Assembly: GCF_036321535.1 (NCBI RefSeq)
Contig: NC_087436.1
Span: 50,966,001 to 51,030,000, forward strand
Length of the DNA stretch: 64,000 nt
Origin: Camelus dromedarius
Lineage: Eukaryota
Reading direction: 5' to 3'
Shown: positions 14,212 through 29,151 of the stretch, one piece after another
How the letters are laid out: every line of letters begins with the position of its first letter
Numbering within the stretch: position 1 is the first letter of the stretch
Notes under the pieces: generated by a model
What the model was told of the DNA's origin: nothing
The model's database searches: none
What the model saw: the letters and a program-made list of their open reading frames with translations, nothing else
Made by a program: the position numbers and the translations under genes

Positions 14212-14579
14212 CTGGGTTTAAAGGAAGAGAAACCAGAGGAGAAAAGATTGATTCAGTTCCACTAGTACCCACAGAGAGAATATTGATTCTGCTGGTATTT
14301 TTAAACATCTTAAAGGGAAATAGAAAGCACCCAAGGAGGAAGAGATGCCAAATTTCAAGAAGCATTGTATCTGTTCCAATGGATCTGAAGACCAAGAACC
14401 AGCCTCAGGGCGACCACAGAACCGTACACACCCAAATCTCTCTGCAACAGCTTCTTACGGCCCCTGTACCATTCAACTCACTGAGTGACTAGGCTGCCCA
14501 TCAAAGATGAAGATGCTAAGACACTGAATAGGAAGAACATCACTGAGCATTTTCACTCGGTCACACAAAACAACTATTA

Positions 14580-15200
14580 CTAATCAGCGAACATTCACTA
14601 TGCATCTACAGTGAGCTAAGTGCCGAGGATACAGAGAAGTATGGCAATGTCTTTGTGGTCAGGAACCCTCCAATATAATTTTGAGACTGTAGGGGAAAGC
14701 CTTGGAGAGAGAGAGTGCACTATGATGCTATATAGGTTAAATCCATGGTGCCAGCTAGGGTTCCAGGAGTTCCCGGAAGGACTTCCAGGGAGTGCCTGTG
14801 GGCTGGGAAGTTCAGGAAAGGCTTCCCAGAATAAAACTACATCTCAGGAGAGGGCAAAGGGAGGATGTTCTGGGAAGGGGATGTAGAGGGCAAGTAACCA
14901 AGGAAGGAATGTGCCTCTGAGAACAGCAGTGGATCAGTTTAGCTCAAGTGCAAGTTCAGGATGAGGAGTTCTTGAGAAGTGAGGCTGACTGGGACCACCT
15001 GACGGAGCACCTGGAGTATGAACTTAAGGGATTTAATTTACAGGCAGGAGAGCCACTGAACGGTTTTGAACTGGGGAATGCTGTGTGCAGGGTGGTATTT
15101 TAGGAAGATTCGTCTGTCACTGGTGCATAGGACGAAATAAAGAGTCAAAGTGAGAGGCAGAGACAGTGCAGACATAAGGTGTTCCTTAGTGGTCACCACG
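14580..15200. mobile_element. L2 fragment
   Basis: ggagagccactgaacggttttgaactgggga...ttttaggaagattcgtctg L2 motif. Confidence 0.55.
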
Positions 15201-16849
15201 ATAATAAAAACAAGTGGACCTCCCTGACCGCCCCCCCCCCCAAATAAAACAATGAAAGAGGGATCTACAGCCGTTGGTGACTCATGAGATACGTGAGGCT
15301 AAAAGTCTGAGAGCACTACTTGACTAAAATTCAGGGATGCCCCCTGAGATTTCTGAGTGGCAAGGTCTAGATGCTACTTCGGCTTTTCCCCCTCATTCCT
15401 CATGTGGTTGCTCTGTTTTTCTTTTACTTCTCACTAGCTATGCTTCTCACCAGCCCTGAGTTCTGCCAGTGCCTTTGTGGTCTCCTGCTGCATTTCTGTT
15501 TCTTCTTTCTGTTTCCCTTTCTTTCTTGTCTCTGATTTTTTCCCACCATATATATTTTTTTCTCCCTTCTCTCTTTTGAATGAAGGGGTGAAGGAAGTTT
15601 TTCACTTTTTGTTTAAATTAAATAAAACAGTCAATACAGTTTTTTTTTTTTTTTCCAATCAGCAGCTCCGTACTAAACAATTGTCCTAGTTCTGATTCTT
15701 TGTGTCAGTTCTGGTCAGTGTTTACGTTCAGAAAGATCTTCTCTCATTTCTAATTCTGCGGTTGTTTTAGTCCGCTCAGGCCTAGAAAGAATGCTGTTGT
15801 TTACTGATTATCTCGTGATCATCTAAGTGCAGCTGGAAGATGAAGCAGGGGAAAGTAGGGTAGCAAAGTGAACTTTAAAAATAATCTTTTAAAAACGGAT
15901 CCTGTCCAGACTTGTTAGGAAGAAAAAAGCCAACGTGGGTCAACTTTGAAGAAAATAGGCTTCCACTGGAAAGGGGTGATCTCAAAGGGGGAACACTTGA
16001 ACAATTTCCTTATCAAAGGTTTTGGACAGATTTATAAAGTTTCTCCACCAGTGGTACTATAATGAACTGTTAGTCATAATTATTACTCATCCTATAAGCC
16101 GTTGTTCTCACATGGAATATTGATTCATTAGAATATGAAACACAAGAGCAAAGCAGACAACATACTCACCTTCAGAAATAAGTGTTATCTACTGACATGC
16201 TTTCTAGCAAAGAGATCATTTGGTATTTGCTATGCACTCCTTTTGACTTATAAAACAGGGACAGTCACTGGTTATATTTCACAGTAAAATGGGAATTTTC
16301 AAGAGTCAATTGAAAAAACATTAACTATCCTACAGCCATTAAGATTTTGATGACAAGAAACTGATATGGAAAATTCCACATGACAAGCTTTATTATAAAA
16401 GAACCTGCGGCCTGAATTTACATCGACTTGAACGTGGAGAATTTCACACTGGGTTCATTTACGCTTGTGGTCTGCCTTTGACAGTGGACCACGGGAGGCA
16501 CTACCGAACATCAGCCTATTCTAAAAGAGACCTAAGAGCCACTCACTACAAGCTCTCCTTTCACAGAAGAGGAAGCGTAAGCTACGATGGATCAGGGACC
16601 TGAGTGAGGTCAGGGCAGAGGGAAGCTCAGACACAAAGTCTAGCGGGCATTCCATGATATTACGTCACCGTTCTTTGGGAAACACTCGAAAATATCTTTG
16701 CTTCCTTTAACAATCATGATTTAAGTTAACAGCTTAGTTCACAAATGCCAATAAAACTTTTAGCCTCTACCACCTTTTGATGTCCATGTGCCTTAAAAGG
16801 AAAAAAAATCTTGTTTTTTGGGTTCTAGTTTGCGAGTAAAGATGCCTGC

Positions 16850-17210
16850 GTTTACCCTGACCATGACTTTCACAACTTAAAGGTTGTGGTTCCATGTCTT
16901 CCTAACCTCCGTCTTTCCAGACTGAAGTCATTATGGTCTTTCCTTGCCTTTGTAACAGCGGTTCCTCAACTATCTTCTTCCCTCACCTATCACCCCTCTC
17001 TTGTTGATTTTAACTGTCTCTCCGGGACCTAACCATGGGTCCACGAAGTTTTTATGAGATACAATGTCAGTGACCACAGAGGATGCAGAGTTCAGGGCTG
17101 GATGATTCTGTACAACAAAAAGGAGTATGAGATATTTCTTTGTTTAATGTCCTACTTGATGGCACCCAACAAGTTACTAGCCTTTTGGATGAGGATGGCA
17201 ACTTGGCTGG
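16850..17210. mobile_element. CR1/L3-like ancient LINE fragment
   Basis: tttccagactgaagtc...ttgatggcacccaacaag...gccttttgg resembles degraded L3. Confidence 0.4.
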
Positions 17211-19019
17211 TCAATCAATAACTCAGCTCTCTGATATTTAACGAGCATCTACTATGTGACACAGACTGTTCTAGATGTAGCAATAAACATGGAAGACCGA
17301 ATGTGTGACCTAAGGAACATTCTTCTACTGGACGTAGGGAGAAGACAAGAGACAAAGTAATAGGTAAGATAATTTTACATATTGATAAAAAATAACTAGA
17401 GAATATAAAGCTAGGCGATGAGACAGGAAGTGACTGTAGGGGCTTGGGCAGAGGAAGGTGGACTCAATAACTTCTGAGAAGTGCACACAGTGGTTCCCTG
17501 GGTTGTACAGTTTGGATTCATTTTCACACACTTACACTTAACTGGCCTGTTATTTTTCTGGCCAGTCATATGGTTGGTGTGATTATTTCTCCATGTGATT
17601 ATTTCATCTTGGGATCTTATAATCCAGAAGGTTTTGCAGACTAAGGTAATTTGCTACCTTCAATAAAACAGTTGTAATCTCACAATGACTCAATCACAAT
17701 ACATGTTCACCATTCTTTCTGTGGAGCTCAACTGCTAACTCTTATTTTTCCAGATGGTTCTTTTTATATTGTTTGTATTGTACAGTGCTTTCAGTCAATG
17801 ACAGTCAGGAAGGTAAGTGTTTGAAGGATAAAGGTGAGATTCTGAACTTTCGGGAGACCCCATTCTCTCACCCCAGCACCAGACAGCTCCCACTGTACGA
17901 GGGTGGGGATGGAAGCGACAGTCTGAACGCACCGCCGCACAGACACCAGTGGGGAAGGGGCACAGGCAGCTGGAAACTCAGCGCAGCTCTGACTATTCCT
18001 AGGCTCACACATGTGTGGGTAATCTGGGTTGCCTTTTTGTTTTTTACATGATTCTCTGTGTTAGAAAAATTGACATTATTTTGAAGACATCATTTAGGAG
18101 AAGAAATCTATTTTTTTTTTCCTTCAGAAAGTCCTCCATACCCCTCAAATTGCCATGTTTCTCTCCTGTGTCTACTTTTAAAGAAGGGTGTGCAAATTTT
18201 ATGCAGACGGCGGCACTCAGCAGACCTCGGGCAGTTCCTGGGAGGGGAAGTGAAGAGAAGTGAGGCAGCTTCTGGGGGAGCCGCGTGGGCAGGGCTCTCC
18301 ACCTCCATTTTAACCAGAGTCTCTCAGGTTTCTATACTGGGACTTTACACTAAATTTCACATGGAGAGAAGAAAAGGCTCTTCTGCTGACAGTGTTTTCA
18401 AACCGCCAGTAACGAAACGCACTATAAGTCTGACCCATCAGGAGAGAGGTCACCAGCTCAGAAAAGAAACAAGAACTCACGGAACCGTCTTCTCAATGCT
18501 CCTGCCGCAGCGTGAATTCTAGGAAAGGAAAGCCCTCTTCAAAGATGGCCCACCACGCGTTGCCATCACAGGATCAGCAGCGGGTTGCTGCTGTGGCACC
18601 TTGTGGGTTCCAGCCTCAGCCAGGACCAGTGCCCTGTGACCATCCCTTTACTGACCTCCCTCCCCAGTCTCACTTCCCTCTAATCCAGGGGCTTCTAGTT
18701 TGTTCGTGCCACGGCCTGCTTTGCAGTCTGGTGAAGTCTACGGATCTGGTCTTAGAACCAAAGTTTTCAGTACGTAAAATACGAAACAGGATTACAAAAA
18801 ACCCTCATTATTTTGAAGTACGATTCTGTCCATGGACCCCTGAGGGCTCGGTGGACTCCAGGCTAACGAGGACCTTTGCACAGTTAGCCATTCTGGGGGC
18901 CCGTTACACTCAGTCTGAGAGGACTCTCGATGCTGAGTTTCCCACCCACCCTCTCTGCAGTTCCAGTCCTGCCTTTTGAACAGCTTGTTAGGAATCTGCC
19001 ACAGGAAGCTAAAATGCAA

Positions 19020-19820
19020 CGTATTTTAAACTGAACTCCGTCTTGGCCCACCCAAATCTACTTTTGCTCCCTTGATTCTTCAATTCAGCCACATCACAAC
19101 CTTCCCAGGCTGGGATTCCTAGAACCATCTCTGACTCCTGACTCCTCCTCCACGTCCTACCTCAACCAGCACCTGGACCCTCCTGACAGCAGTCCCGCAC
19201 TGCCTCCTGACTCCACCTTCTGCTTTCCCTCCACTGCGCGAAGACCTGGCCTAACCTCACCACTCTCACCTGGATTCTTGCTTTACTCTTCTCAGTCACT
19301 GCTGCCTGGATAGTCTCCTCAGTGTCATGTAAAGAAGTCAGAGCCATCATTCCAAATCCAAACTGGCCTGCTCATCCCCTCTTTCCGCAATCAATACAAA
19401 ATTCTTCAGGAGCCAATCGCAGCGTCTCAGAGCCTGGCCCAGGCCTTCCTTACCTGCCTTGGCCTGTAGGACTCCATCTCCCTGCTTATAGCGTTCACTT
19501 TTCTCTGAATAAACATTAGTTGTTTTAGCTCCTCAAGTTTGCTGAGCCTAGGAAACCCTTTCCTTCTCTGCTTCACACTCAATTACTGAAATATACTCCC
19601 AATTTTAAGGACCCTGACAAAGCCTTCTTCTCAGTGCCTTCTTTAGAATCAAGGGTTCTCTTCTCAGCATCCACCTATGTGTTTGTGGATGCTTCACTTT
19701 GAGAACTTATCAAAATCATAATTCACATTTTAGCTATTTAAGGAGATTGTTATCTCCCCTTCTCATGTGTCTTTTGTGAGGAAAAGAATGGTTCCTTAAT
19801 CATTTTTATAGCTCTGCACT
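19020..19820. mobile_element. L2 fragments
   Basis: Pyrimidine-rich L2 3' pattern (accatctctgactcc...ccactctcacctgga). Confidence 0.5.
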
Positions 19821-20184
19821 GCATGGTGGCTGAGTCCTCTGTTCCGCTGCCTCAGGCCAGGTGACAAGGGGCTGACTCTCCTACACAGCAAGCTTTATCT
19901 TCTCATCTCAACTGCCTGAACCCCGAGCTACACAATAAATGATAGACTCTCAGGTTCAAAGACAAATTCCCACATGTCTAAGTCTCATATAAAATCAGTC
20001 AAAATAACAATACTTTAAAAGGCTGGACTTCATTCCATGATCCCCGATTAGTGCATTACTTCTTTCTTTTCTAAATGCAAGTACCATGTACCTAGGGACC
20101 AGTTACTCGGGGGCCGTTGGAAGGAGGTGACTACTGGTCTTTTCTAATCAGCTTGTCCTCTCACTGGAACAAGCACAAGAGTTA

Positions 20185-20457
<273 letters not shown>

Positions 20458-20899
20458 CTAGAGAAGGTTACAAACTCAGAACTGTACACCCATATATTTT
20501 TATTAAATTGCCAGTGTGAAACTGAAACGTAAGACTATGCCAATGCACTGCGAATCTTCATTAGATCACTTGTCTAAAATTTCAGATGCCTTTCAGCTGT
20601 AAATAATCACAGGAATAAAATACATTGCATACACCTCCTCTTCCAAATCAGCCTTCAAAGCTGCCAAGATTATTTACAGCAACATCAGAAACACTAGTCG
20701 TGGAAAGAGAGAAATGAGGAAGGTGATATTACTACCAGCCTGCAGGCCAGCTGTGAAGAGAGTAAACTCAACGTCGTGAGGGAGACATCATGACAGGGTC
20801 AGTGCGCTGTGATGCGAGGATGGCCAAGGCTCGAGGCACAAACAGGGCATTCTCTAACACCTCTGAGACAGCCTCCTCATTCATATCTGCTAGTGCTAG

Positions 20900-21340
20900 A
20901 ATAGTTAGGTATCTTTACATTTTTTAGTTGGATTTTTTTTGACTATGTAATATATTCACAGGGATTAAAGCCTTATAAAATATACATATATAAAAAGGTA
21001 CACAATGGCACACACTGAAAATTCTCCTTGCCATTCCTGTCCCTCCTACTGTGTGCCTGCCCCCAGAAGTAAACAGAGAAGTTATTCATTTGTTTTGCAT
21101 TCTTCCAGAGTTTATGCATATATAAACATGAGCATAGAATCTTTTTAATATACACTTTGTTTTATATCTATCTTCTAAAACATTTTCATGTTGTATCTTT
21201 GAGATTTTTCCATAGAGTACTCATTAGTCCATAGAGTACTCATTCTTTTTAATAACCGCACAATATTCCATCACATGAGTATACCATAATTTATTTAACT
21301 AGCCACTTACTGATGTACATTTGGATTGTTTCCAGTTTTG
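20900..21340 (-). mobile_element. L1ME-type fragment followed by (TG)n
   Basis: cattctttttaataaccgcacaatattccat...tttatttaactagcc...tttggattgtttccagtttt. Confidence 0.7.
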
Positions 21341-21556
21341 TGTGTGTGTGTGTGAAAACTGTACTCCCCAATCACTCAGAGTAATCATTAAGATGAGGAT
21401 TCAATATTTTCATCTCTTAGTCATATACTCAACTATCACGGGGAAATCTTGATTTATCATGAGGACATTAGTCTCAACTAGAAGACTCCTCCTTTCAACA
21501 CTTTCCATTAGAATTCTCTTTTAACAGGTCTCCTCAGAATTACTCGGCTAGAGCAC

Positions 21557-21925
21557 TGTTATGGATGAACTCTGTCCCCCCCAAACTCATGTGCTGAAGC
21601 CCTAACCCCTAGTGTCACTGTATTTGGAGATAGGGCTTTTATGGAAATAATTAAGGTTAAATGAGGTCATGAGGGTAGAGCCCTGACTGGATAGGATTAG
21701 TCCTCTTAAAAGAAGAGACACCAGAGACCTTTCTCTCTCTGCCATGTGAGGACACAGCAAGAAGGTGGCTGTCTGCAAGCCAGGAAGAGAGCCCTTACCA
21801 GGAACTGACCCTGTCAGACCTTGATCTGAGACTTCTGGTCTCCAAAACTGTGAGCAACAAATTTCTTTTGTTTCATCCATCATGCATATGGTATTTTGTT
21901 ATGGAAGCTTGAACAGACTAACACA
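21557..21925 (+). mobile_element. MaLR solo LTR (MLT1A-like)
   Basis: TG...CA ends; gtatttggagatagggc, gccatgtgaggacacagcaagaagg and tggtattttgttatgg motifs; near-TSD agcac/aacac. Confidence 0.9.
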
Positions 21926-22200
21926 AACACTTAAATTTCTGCTAAAGGACTTGGGGGCCACTGCCCTGTGGCTAGGTGACTGGACACCCAAATGAGATGT
22001 CTTGCCAAGGTCTCAAAGCTGACAGTCTAACAGAGCCTTGCCCATAATTCTACGGTAGGTAACTTTTCTGAAACACCTGCAAGACATAGTGTTCTTTCAT
22101 TAAAGTTAAATAAATATCTTTTTTTATGTATGGAAAGTAAGTACTGAATTTCAACACTGCAGAAAATGTAAAATCATCATCATCTTCATCACCACCATCA

Positions 22201-22377
<177 letters not shown>

Positions 22378-23084
22378 TCAAGATTCTACCTACTATGTGC
22401 TTAAACTTTTTTGAAAACAATTAACAAAACAGACTTTTGAATTACTTAAAATTTTTAGTGAAATTTTTTATTTCCTAGTAACGGGCCCCACGTGTCATTT
22501 ACGGTGACAAAATACCAGATTTACTTATTGAGTCTGAGTTTTCTCTTAATCATCCTTTCACCTTCTCATTTCTCTCTCTCTAAACAAATTCACTCCTGAG
22601 AAACGTGAAGGACAGTGAGGAATATCAGAATCCCAAAAGGTGGGTCAACTTGATAAAGATTTAAATAGGAATATTTAACTTCTATAAAGTTTACTATGTA
22701 GCAGACACTGTTCTAAGTGATTTTATATGTATGTGTTAACTGATTTAAACCTCACAGCCCCTATGTAAAGACTTTATTGTGTGTGTGTGTGTGAGAAGCA
22801 CAGACCATTACTCATTTATTTAGTTTGACTAAGTTCAGATACCAAAGCGTAAAGTACAAAAACTCTGCAGTATCACTGATTGTCTTATTTTTCTTCACTT
22901 CCTTTAAAAATTTTAAAATGACTTATTTGGATTAAAAAACAAGATGGACAACTTAAATTTGGTAAGAGACGAACTGTGTAAATTTTTAAAAGGAGTTTTA
23001 CGGCAGAACAAGGATATTACTGGGCCCACTGCCAAAAAGTGACTCAAAAAAACACTTAGAATTATATTCCACATCTTGAGATCA

Positions 23085-23237
<153 letters not shown>

Positions 23238-24482
23238 TTATCCTCAGCTTCACATGCCTCTCTCATAAGGGAACTTGGCTTTAGCATACCCTAACCAAAA
23301 GAAAGTTTAAACAGATGCTTTCACTCCGATTGCCTTAACAAGGATATGAATAAAACAAAAATGCCTTCTGAAACCCTCAGAGCACTTCGCAGGCGTGGTT
23401 CATTCACTGTCACCAAAACAGACGAGGCACAAAGAAGCAGTACTTGTTCCTCCCGCTAACACAGTAAGAGAGACTTACAGAGAAAGAGAAAGAGCTTTCC
23501 TGATGTTTCAGGAAGGACTGAGCTAAAAGATTGTGGAATTTCAACTAGGTCAAGACTTTAACCCCAAACTTACTTCTATGATACTGATACACCATTTTAC
23601 AAGAGTCCTAGAAATTTAGGAAAAGCACAGCTTTCTTAAACTATTTATTAATTTTTATTCTACAGAAAAGAAAAATGGAGATGTTATATTTCTTTTCCCG
23701 AAACTAAATTAGAATTCTGTGTGGTTAGGGGGCAAAAGTTTTGTGTGTAATAGTATAAAGCTTCCTTTTTTTTCTTTTCCCTCCAACAGCTGCATTTTAA
23801 GGTGATCTTTGGTGTACTAGTCTACATTATTTTATAACGCTTTCACTTCCCTTCAAACTTGTTTAAATTAGAGAAATCAGTTAGTTATTGTAGTTGGGGA
23901 ATGGAGTTTTCTACTTCCACCAAACTCTACAACCTTTCAAAGAACCCATATACTGCCCTTTTAGGCTTTTGGGAAATATCTGTTTAATAAATCCCATGCA
24001 TATCAAATAAGAAATTTGCAAAGTAGATGCTGAAGACCACTGTAAAACTCTTTTTAAAAACTCCAGAAACTATACACTGAAACAGAATTTTGAAGCCACA
24101 AAATATCTATATTACTTATTTAGTTAACTTGAAATTCCTATCTTGATAAAGCTTTAATATGCCAGAATGAAAACGGATTCAGAATAAGAGCTGTCTTTTA
24201 TTAACTTCTCTTCAGAGCCCTGTTGAAAACAACAGATACTTTCCCTGTCTAAGAGCACCAACAATACATCCCCATGGCAAGGAGTTCATAAATCATAAGA
24301 GATTTGGCACTGCATGTAAAAGACTAAAATGCACATCTGAGGAAGATTTATCGAGCACCTCACAATATTTCACCTTTAATCTTGACATCAGCTTTTTAAG
24401 CCAAATTTCAGTATTCTCATTGCACAGATGATAAACATGAGGCTCCAAGTGATCAAGTTACTTGCCCCAGGAATTGGAGCTA

Positions 24483-24827
<345 letters not shown>

Positions 24828-25249
24828 TTAAAACAAAAATCTGGTTTTTTATTTTGAAATTCTTCATATTGCTAAATAAAATTTTAAGAGCTGTCTATTT
24901 ATGTCATCTAAAATCAATGGCATCAAAAGAAGGCCTGCATTTTCTCTGGATAACAGTCAAAACTGCCCTCCACGAGTCAAACCGCCTCTCTCCTTTCCCA
25001 TCTTCCCCAGCCTCTCCCTTTCCTCCCTATGATAAGAGTTAAAAACACACAGGATGTGACGGAATGCAACGCAGTAAGCTGACTCTGCCTCAATTGTGCT
25101 GAGGAATGGGAAAGTCAGCATTTCAAAAGCTCTTTGGGCCCAGGCTCTGTGAGCATCCCACAGCACCTACCATGGTACCTGGCACACAGCAGGTACCTGA
25201 AAAGTGCTTCTGAAGGAACCAAATAACTCAGCTGCACTTGGCTCCTTCC

Positions 25250-26400
25250 CTCCTGATGGAGCTCTCATGATGATGGACATAATCACACTTAACTTATCAT
25301 AAGAGGTGATAACTTCAAGCGATAAATACTATACAAGAGCTACAGTTGAAGTGATACCAAACTGCAAAGGAAGGGAGAATCTGGAGGCTCTGGAGCAGAA
25401 GAGTCACTGCTCTAAATCTTGAAGGGATGGTAGAACCTGAGCTTATGAAGAGAATGAATCAAGACATCTCAGGGCGAGGGATGAGCAGGAACAGAAAGAA
25501 TGTGCCAAGGAGCAGAGGTGAGAAATCACGGCGCTTCTATGGAGTAGTTCAGGTTGACAAGAAGGGGCATAGTGGGAAACAGAGCTGGAAATGCAGACTG
25601 GGGCCAGCTCTTGGGAGGTCTGACGCTAGTGTACAGAATTTGGATTTTGTGGGCAACGGGGAGACACTGAATAGAGGTGACATGTAGACTTTAGTAAGGT
25701 CCATCTGGTTGTCGGGCATAAACTGGATTAGAAGTGGGGAGGGATAAGACAGAGCAATGAAAAATGGAGTGAGGAATGAAACCCCAGAGAGCACAGAACA
25801 GCTGGGCCACGAACTGGATGGAGATGCAGCAGGGGTGGGAAGGAGGACTCAAGGGTGATGTGAAGTTCTGAGAATGACTATCAGAGGATGGACCATGTTT
25901 AGTGGAAACATGATGGTTGGTTTTGGATCCCCTGAGTATGAGCTGATGGCCAGACTAAAGGACAGCATATAAAGGCAGGAATGGCATGTGTGGTGGGACA
26001 AAGACTGGGGTTGAAAGAAAAAACATAAGACAGGGAAACATGTAGTCATAGCGTTTTTTATGATACAGAGGGTAGCTTATAATGTGCCTAAAGAGCCCAA
26101 AGTAAGAAAAATTCCTTACAATAGGGTGAGCTGGGGTAGGTATAACAGGGGAGGTGTTCTTTGAATTCGGTCTTGAATTCTGAATTGGTTTTGAAAGGTT
26201 GAAAAGGGAAGCATGGGGTGTTTTAGGTAGGAGAAGATACATACAAAGTATAAACACGCATCAGTGTTCAAGGGGCAGTGATGGGGGAGGTGCGTACAAG
26301 GTGGGATGGAGATAAAGCTGGAAAGGGGGCTGGGGCCAGGCTGTGAGGTCTTTGTATACTAGGCTACGGAGGTGTCTCAATTTTATTCTAGAAACAGCAG
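25250..26400. mobile_element. Degraded L2 fragments
   Basis: Purine-rich L2 motifs (aatttggattttgtgggcaacggggagacactga). Confidence 0.5.
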
Positions 26401-26550
26401 GATGCCACCAATGGTTTCCAGGCAGGGAAAGGGTGGGAGTGGCTTGGGGTACAGACTGGGAGGAGAAACCTGCAGATGAGAACACAGTCCACATACGAGA
26501 AGGGAGAGCCAGAGCTCTCCAGGGAGCGGGGCTGGGAGAGGGACGCTCAC

Positions 26551-26714
26551 CTGTGAGCTGCCGGTCTCCTCCACCTTCTGCTTGCAAATAGGCAAGATCA
26601 GGATGCACCAAAAGTCCGGGATTATAGCCCCTTATGCATGCCTCCATCATTCGTGCTTCCAGTGTTTCAAATACTTTTTTCTTTGTCACATGAAGTATAC
26701 CCAGGTTTGCAAAG
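26551..26714 (-). CDS. NFKB1: NFKB1 exon 7 (164 nt)
   Basis: ccag|C TTT...ACA G|gtgag; [54 protein letters not shown]. Confidence 0.97.
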
Positions 26715-27559
26715 CTGGAGAAAAAACAGTAACAGCAGCAACAACAAAAACAGCCAAAGGTCAGGCAGTGACTGGAGACCTGGTTTCACCTGAGCAAAGT
26801 GGATTTAAAGAAAATGCACAGGCCCTCAATCGCTGGGGCCCACACTAAATTCAAACACATTACTATTTCTGCAATGAAGCATATAAAGGAGATTCACTAA
26901 ATGGAATGATAGAGACTGTAACTAGCTGAATATCAAGTCAGGTGGGGTTTTGCCACCAAATGAGTGTGTGGTACACACAGAAAAATCTTTCGGTTTTCAA
27001 AACTTATTAGACTTTCAAATTATGATTAAGGGGATAGGGTTATATATATACATATATCTTAATAAGAAAGTTTACCTAGATTCATTTTAAAGTATTTTCT
27101 AGGAGAGTTGTATAAAAAGAATTTTTAAGTCCAGATACACTAACTTTTCTAACTTTTTTAAAAGAATACAAAAAATACCATAGTTGGTAGATTTTTTTTT
27201 AATTCTGGCTCATTAGTGAGTTTCCAGGTGGGATTTAAAGTCTATCTGGAACCCATCTTCTCCTGGGCTGTCTATAAAGTTATAATTATTTATTACCACT
27301 AGAATGTCTAACTCTACACGTACTCAATCTTGAGGTATACCTTTAATCAGGGATGAAGAACCTTTTACATTGTGAAGGCTACATAACTATAGAATAAAAT
27401 ATGTTAATATGCTAATTAAAGCAATTAAAGAATTTTTAAGAAAATACATAAAATGCTTCAGCCATTCATTTTTTTAAAAATAAAGTACAATGAAACAAAG
27501 AAGTTTACTCAATAAATGTAATACAACAAACAAACAAAAAAGGACTTTACCCAGGAGAC

Positions 27560-28080
27560 TCATTCATTCAATAAATACTTATTTTGCTCCTTAGTACCAG
27601 GCAGTGTCCTGGTGCTTCTGTCAACAGTAGAGGAATCCCTACCTTCATAAAGTTTATATGCTAGTGCAACAACAGAGAGGAAACAAACAAGTAAATTTTA
27701 TAATAAAATTAAAAAGGTAATACATGTTAACAAGAAAAATAAAGTAGGAATGGGAACAGCCAAGGCAGCAGCAGAAGGCATGAAACTTAAAAACAGGGAG
27801 AGGCCAGAAAGGGCCTTTTTGCAAAGGTGTCAACTGAACAAAGACTTGAAGGAAGTGAGGGGTGAGACGTGGATATATGGAAGAAGAACACTCGAAGCAG
27901 AAGGAACAGCAAGTGTAAAGACCCTGAGGTAGGACCATGCCTGGTGTCCAGAAAACAATGGCAAAGAGGCCAACGAGGCTGGAATGAGATGAATAAGGGG
28001 TCAGCAGTAAGTGAGGAATTCAAAGAGGTAAGTGGAGGCACAGATCTTTTAAGCTTGTAAGCTTTGTAAAGACAGTTCTT
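27560..28080. mobile_element. L2 3' end
   Basis: cattcattcaataaatactt terminal repeat; aaagacttgaagga...aacagcaagtgtaaagaccctgagg. Confidence 0.75.
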
Positions 28081-28792
28081 TTCCTCTGGCTTTTACACAG
28101 AAAGAAAAAAAAATATTAGTAGAGAAAATATTATGACAACTGGATGAATGAAATAAAGAATAAGATAACATTGGAAGAACAGATAAACTAGGGAAAGAAA
28201 ATACAGGAGGTGAAGGTGGAATGAGATGAGCACTCACACAGAGGATCAGAGACAGAATGAGACGTGTGCAGAGACAGTGATGAAAAAGAGTGGGACAGCT
28301 AAGACACACAGATCAGAAAGTACACACCAATAGAATGTAAGTTCCTTGAGGGCAGAGATCTCCAGTGTCTAGAACAGAGCTTGACAACTGGGTGTCTAGG
28401 AAATGTCTGCTGCATAAATGAATGCATGAATGAATTCAGCACAGAAAAATAAGCAACATGACATACAGGTGTGCATGGAGGCACAGGTAGATTTTCACAA
28501 ACAACACTTCCATCTTTTTGCCTTTTAGGCCTTACTCCTATACAGAACATCCACAACTGCTGGAAATGAGGCTGTCTCCTAGGCAACAGCAAGGGTAGAC
28601 GTGTGTGCAGCTCCTGGCACTCTACCATCTATGAAGTGCTTTTCGTGTATATTATCTAATTTAATCCCTGGGAAAAAGGCATCATCCTTATCTTTTGTTA
28701 TGTGAATAATGGATTTACTCTGGTAATAAATGAAGTAACACAGAAGTCAGCCTTCTGCTCCAGGTAATGATGCAGCCTGAACCTTCCATTTT

Positions 28793-29151
28793 TTTTTTTA
28801 ACATTTTTTATTGATTTACAATCATTTTACAATGTTGTGTCAAATTCCAGTGTTCAGCACAATTTTTCAGTTATTCATGGACATACACACACTCATTGTC
28901 ACATTTTTTCCTCTGTGAGTTATCATAACATTTTGTGTATATTTCCCTGTGCTACACAGTATAGTCTATTCTACAATTTTGAAATCCCAGTCTATCCCTT
29001 CCCACCTTCCACCCCCCTGGTAACCACAAGTCTGTATTCTCTGTCTGTGAGTCTATTTCTGTCCTTTATTTATGCTTTGTTTTTGTTTGTTTGTTTGTTT
29101 TTGTTTTTGTTTTTTAGAAAAATACCATATGAGATCGCTCATATGTGGAAT
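28793..29151 (-). mobile_element. Young lineage-specific L1 3' end with 5' inversion and 16-bp TSD
   Basis: TSD ctgaaccttccatttt at 28777-28792 and 29152-29167; polyT tail; homologous to 32393-32971. Confidence 0.9.

Noticed and set aside
18190..18979. Adjacent plus-strand ORFs of 110 and 155 aa
   Set aside because: No recognisable homology or splice support; expected by chance in GC-richer intron.
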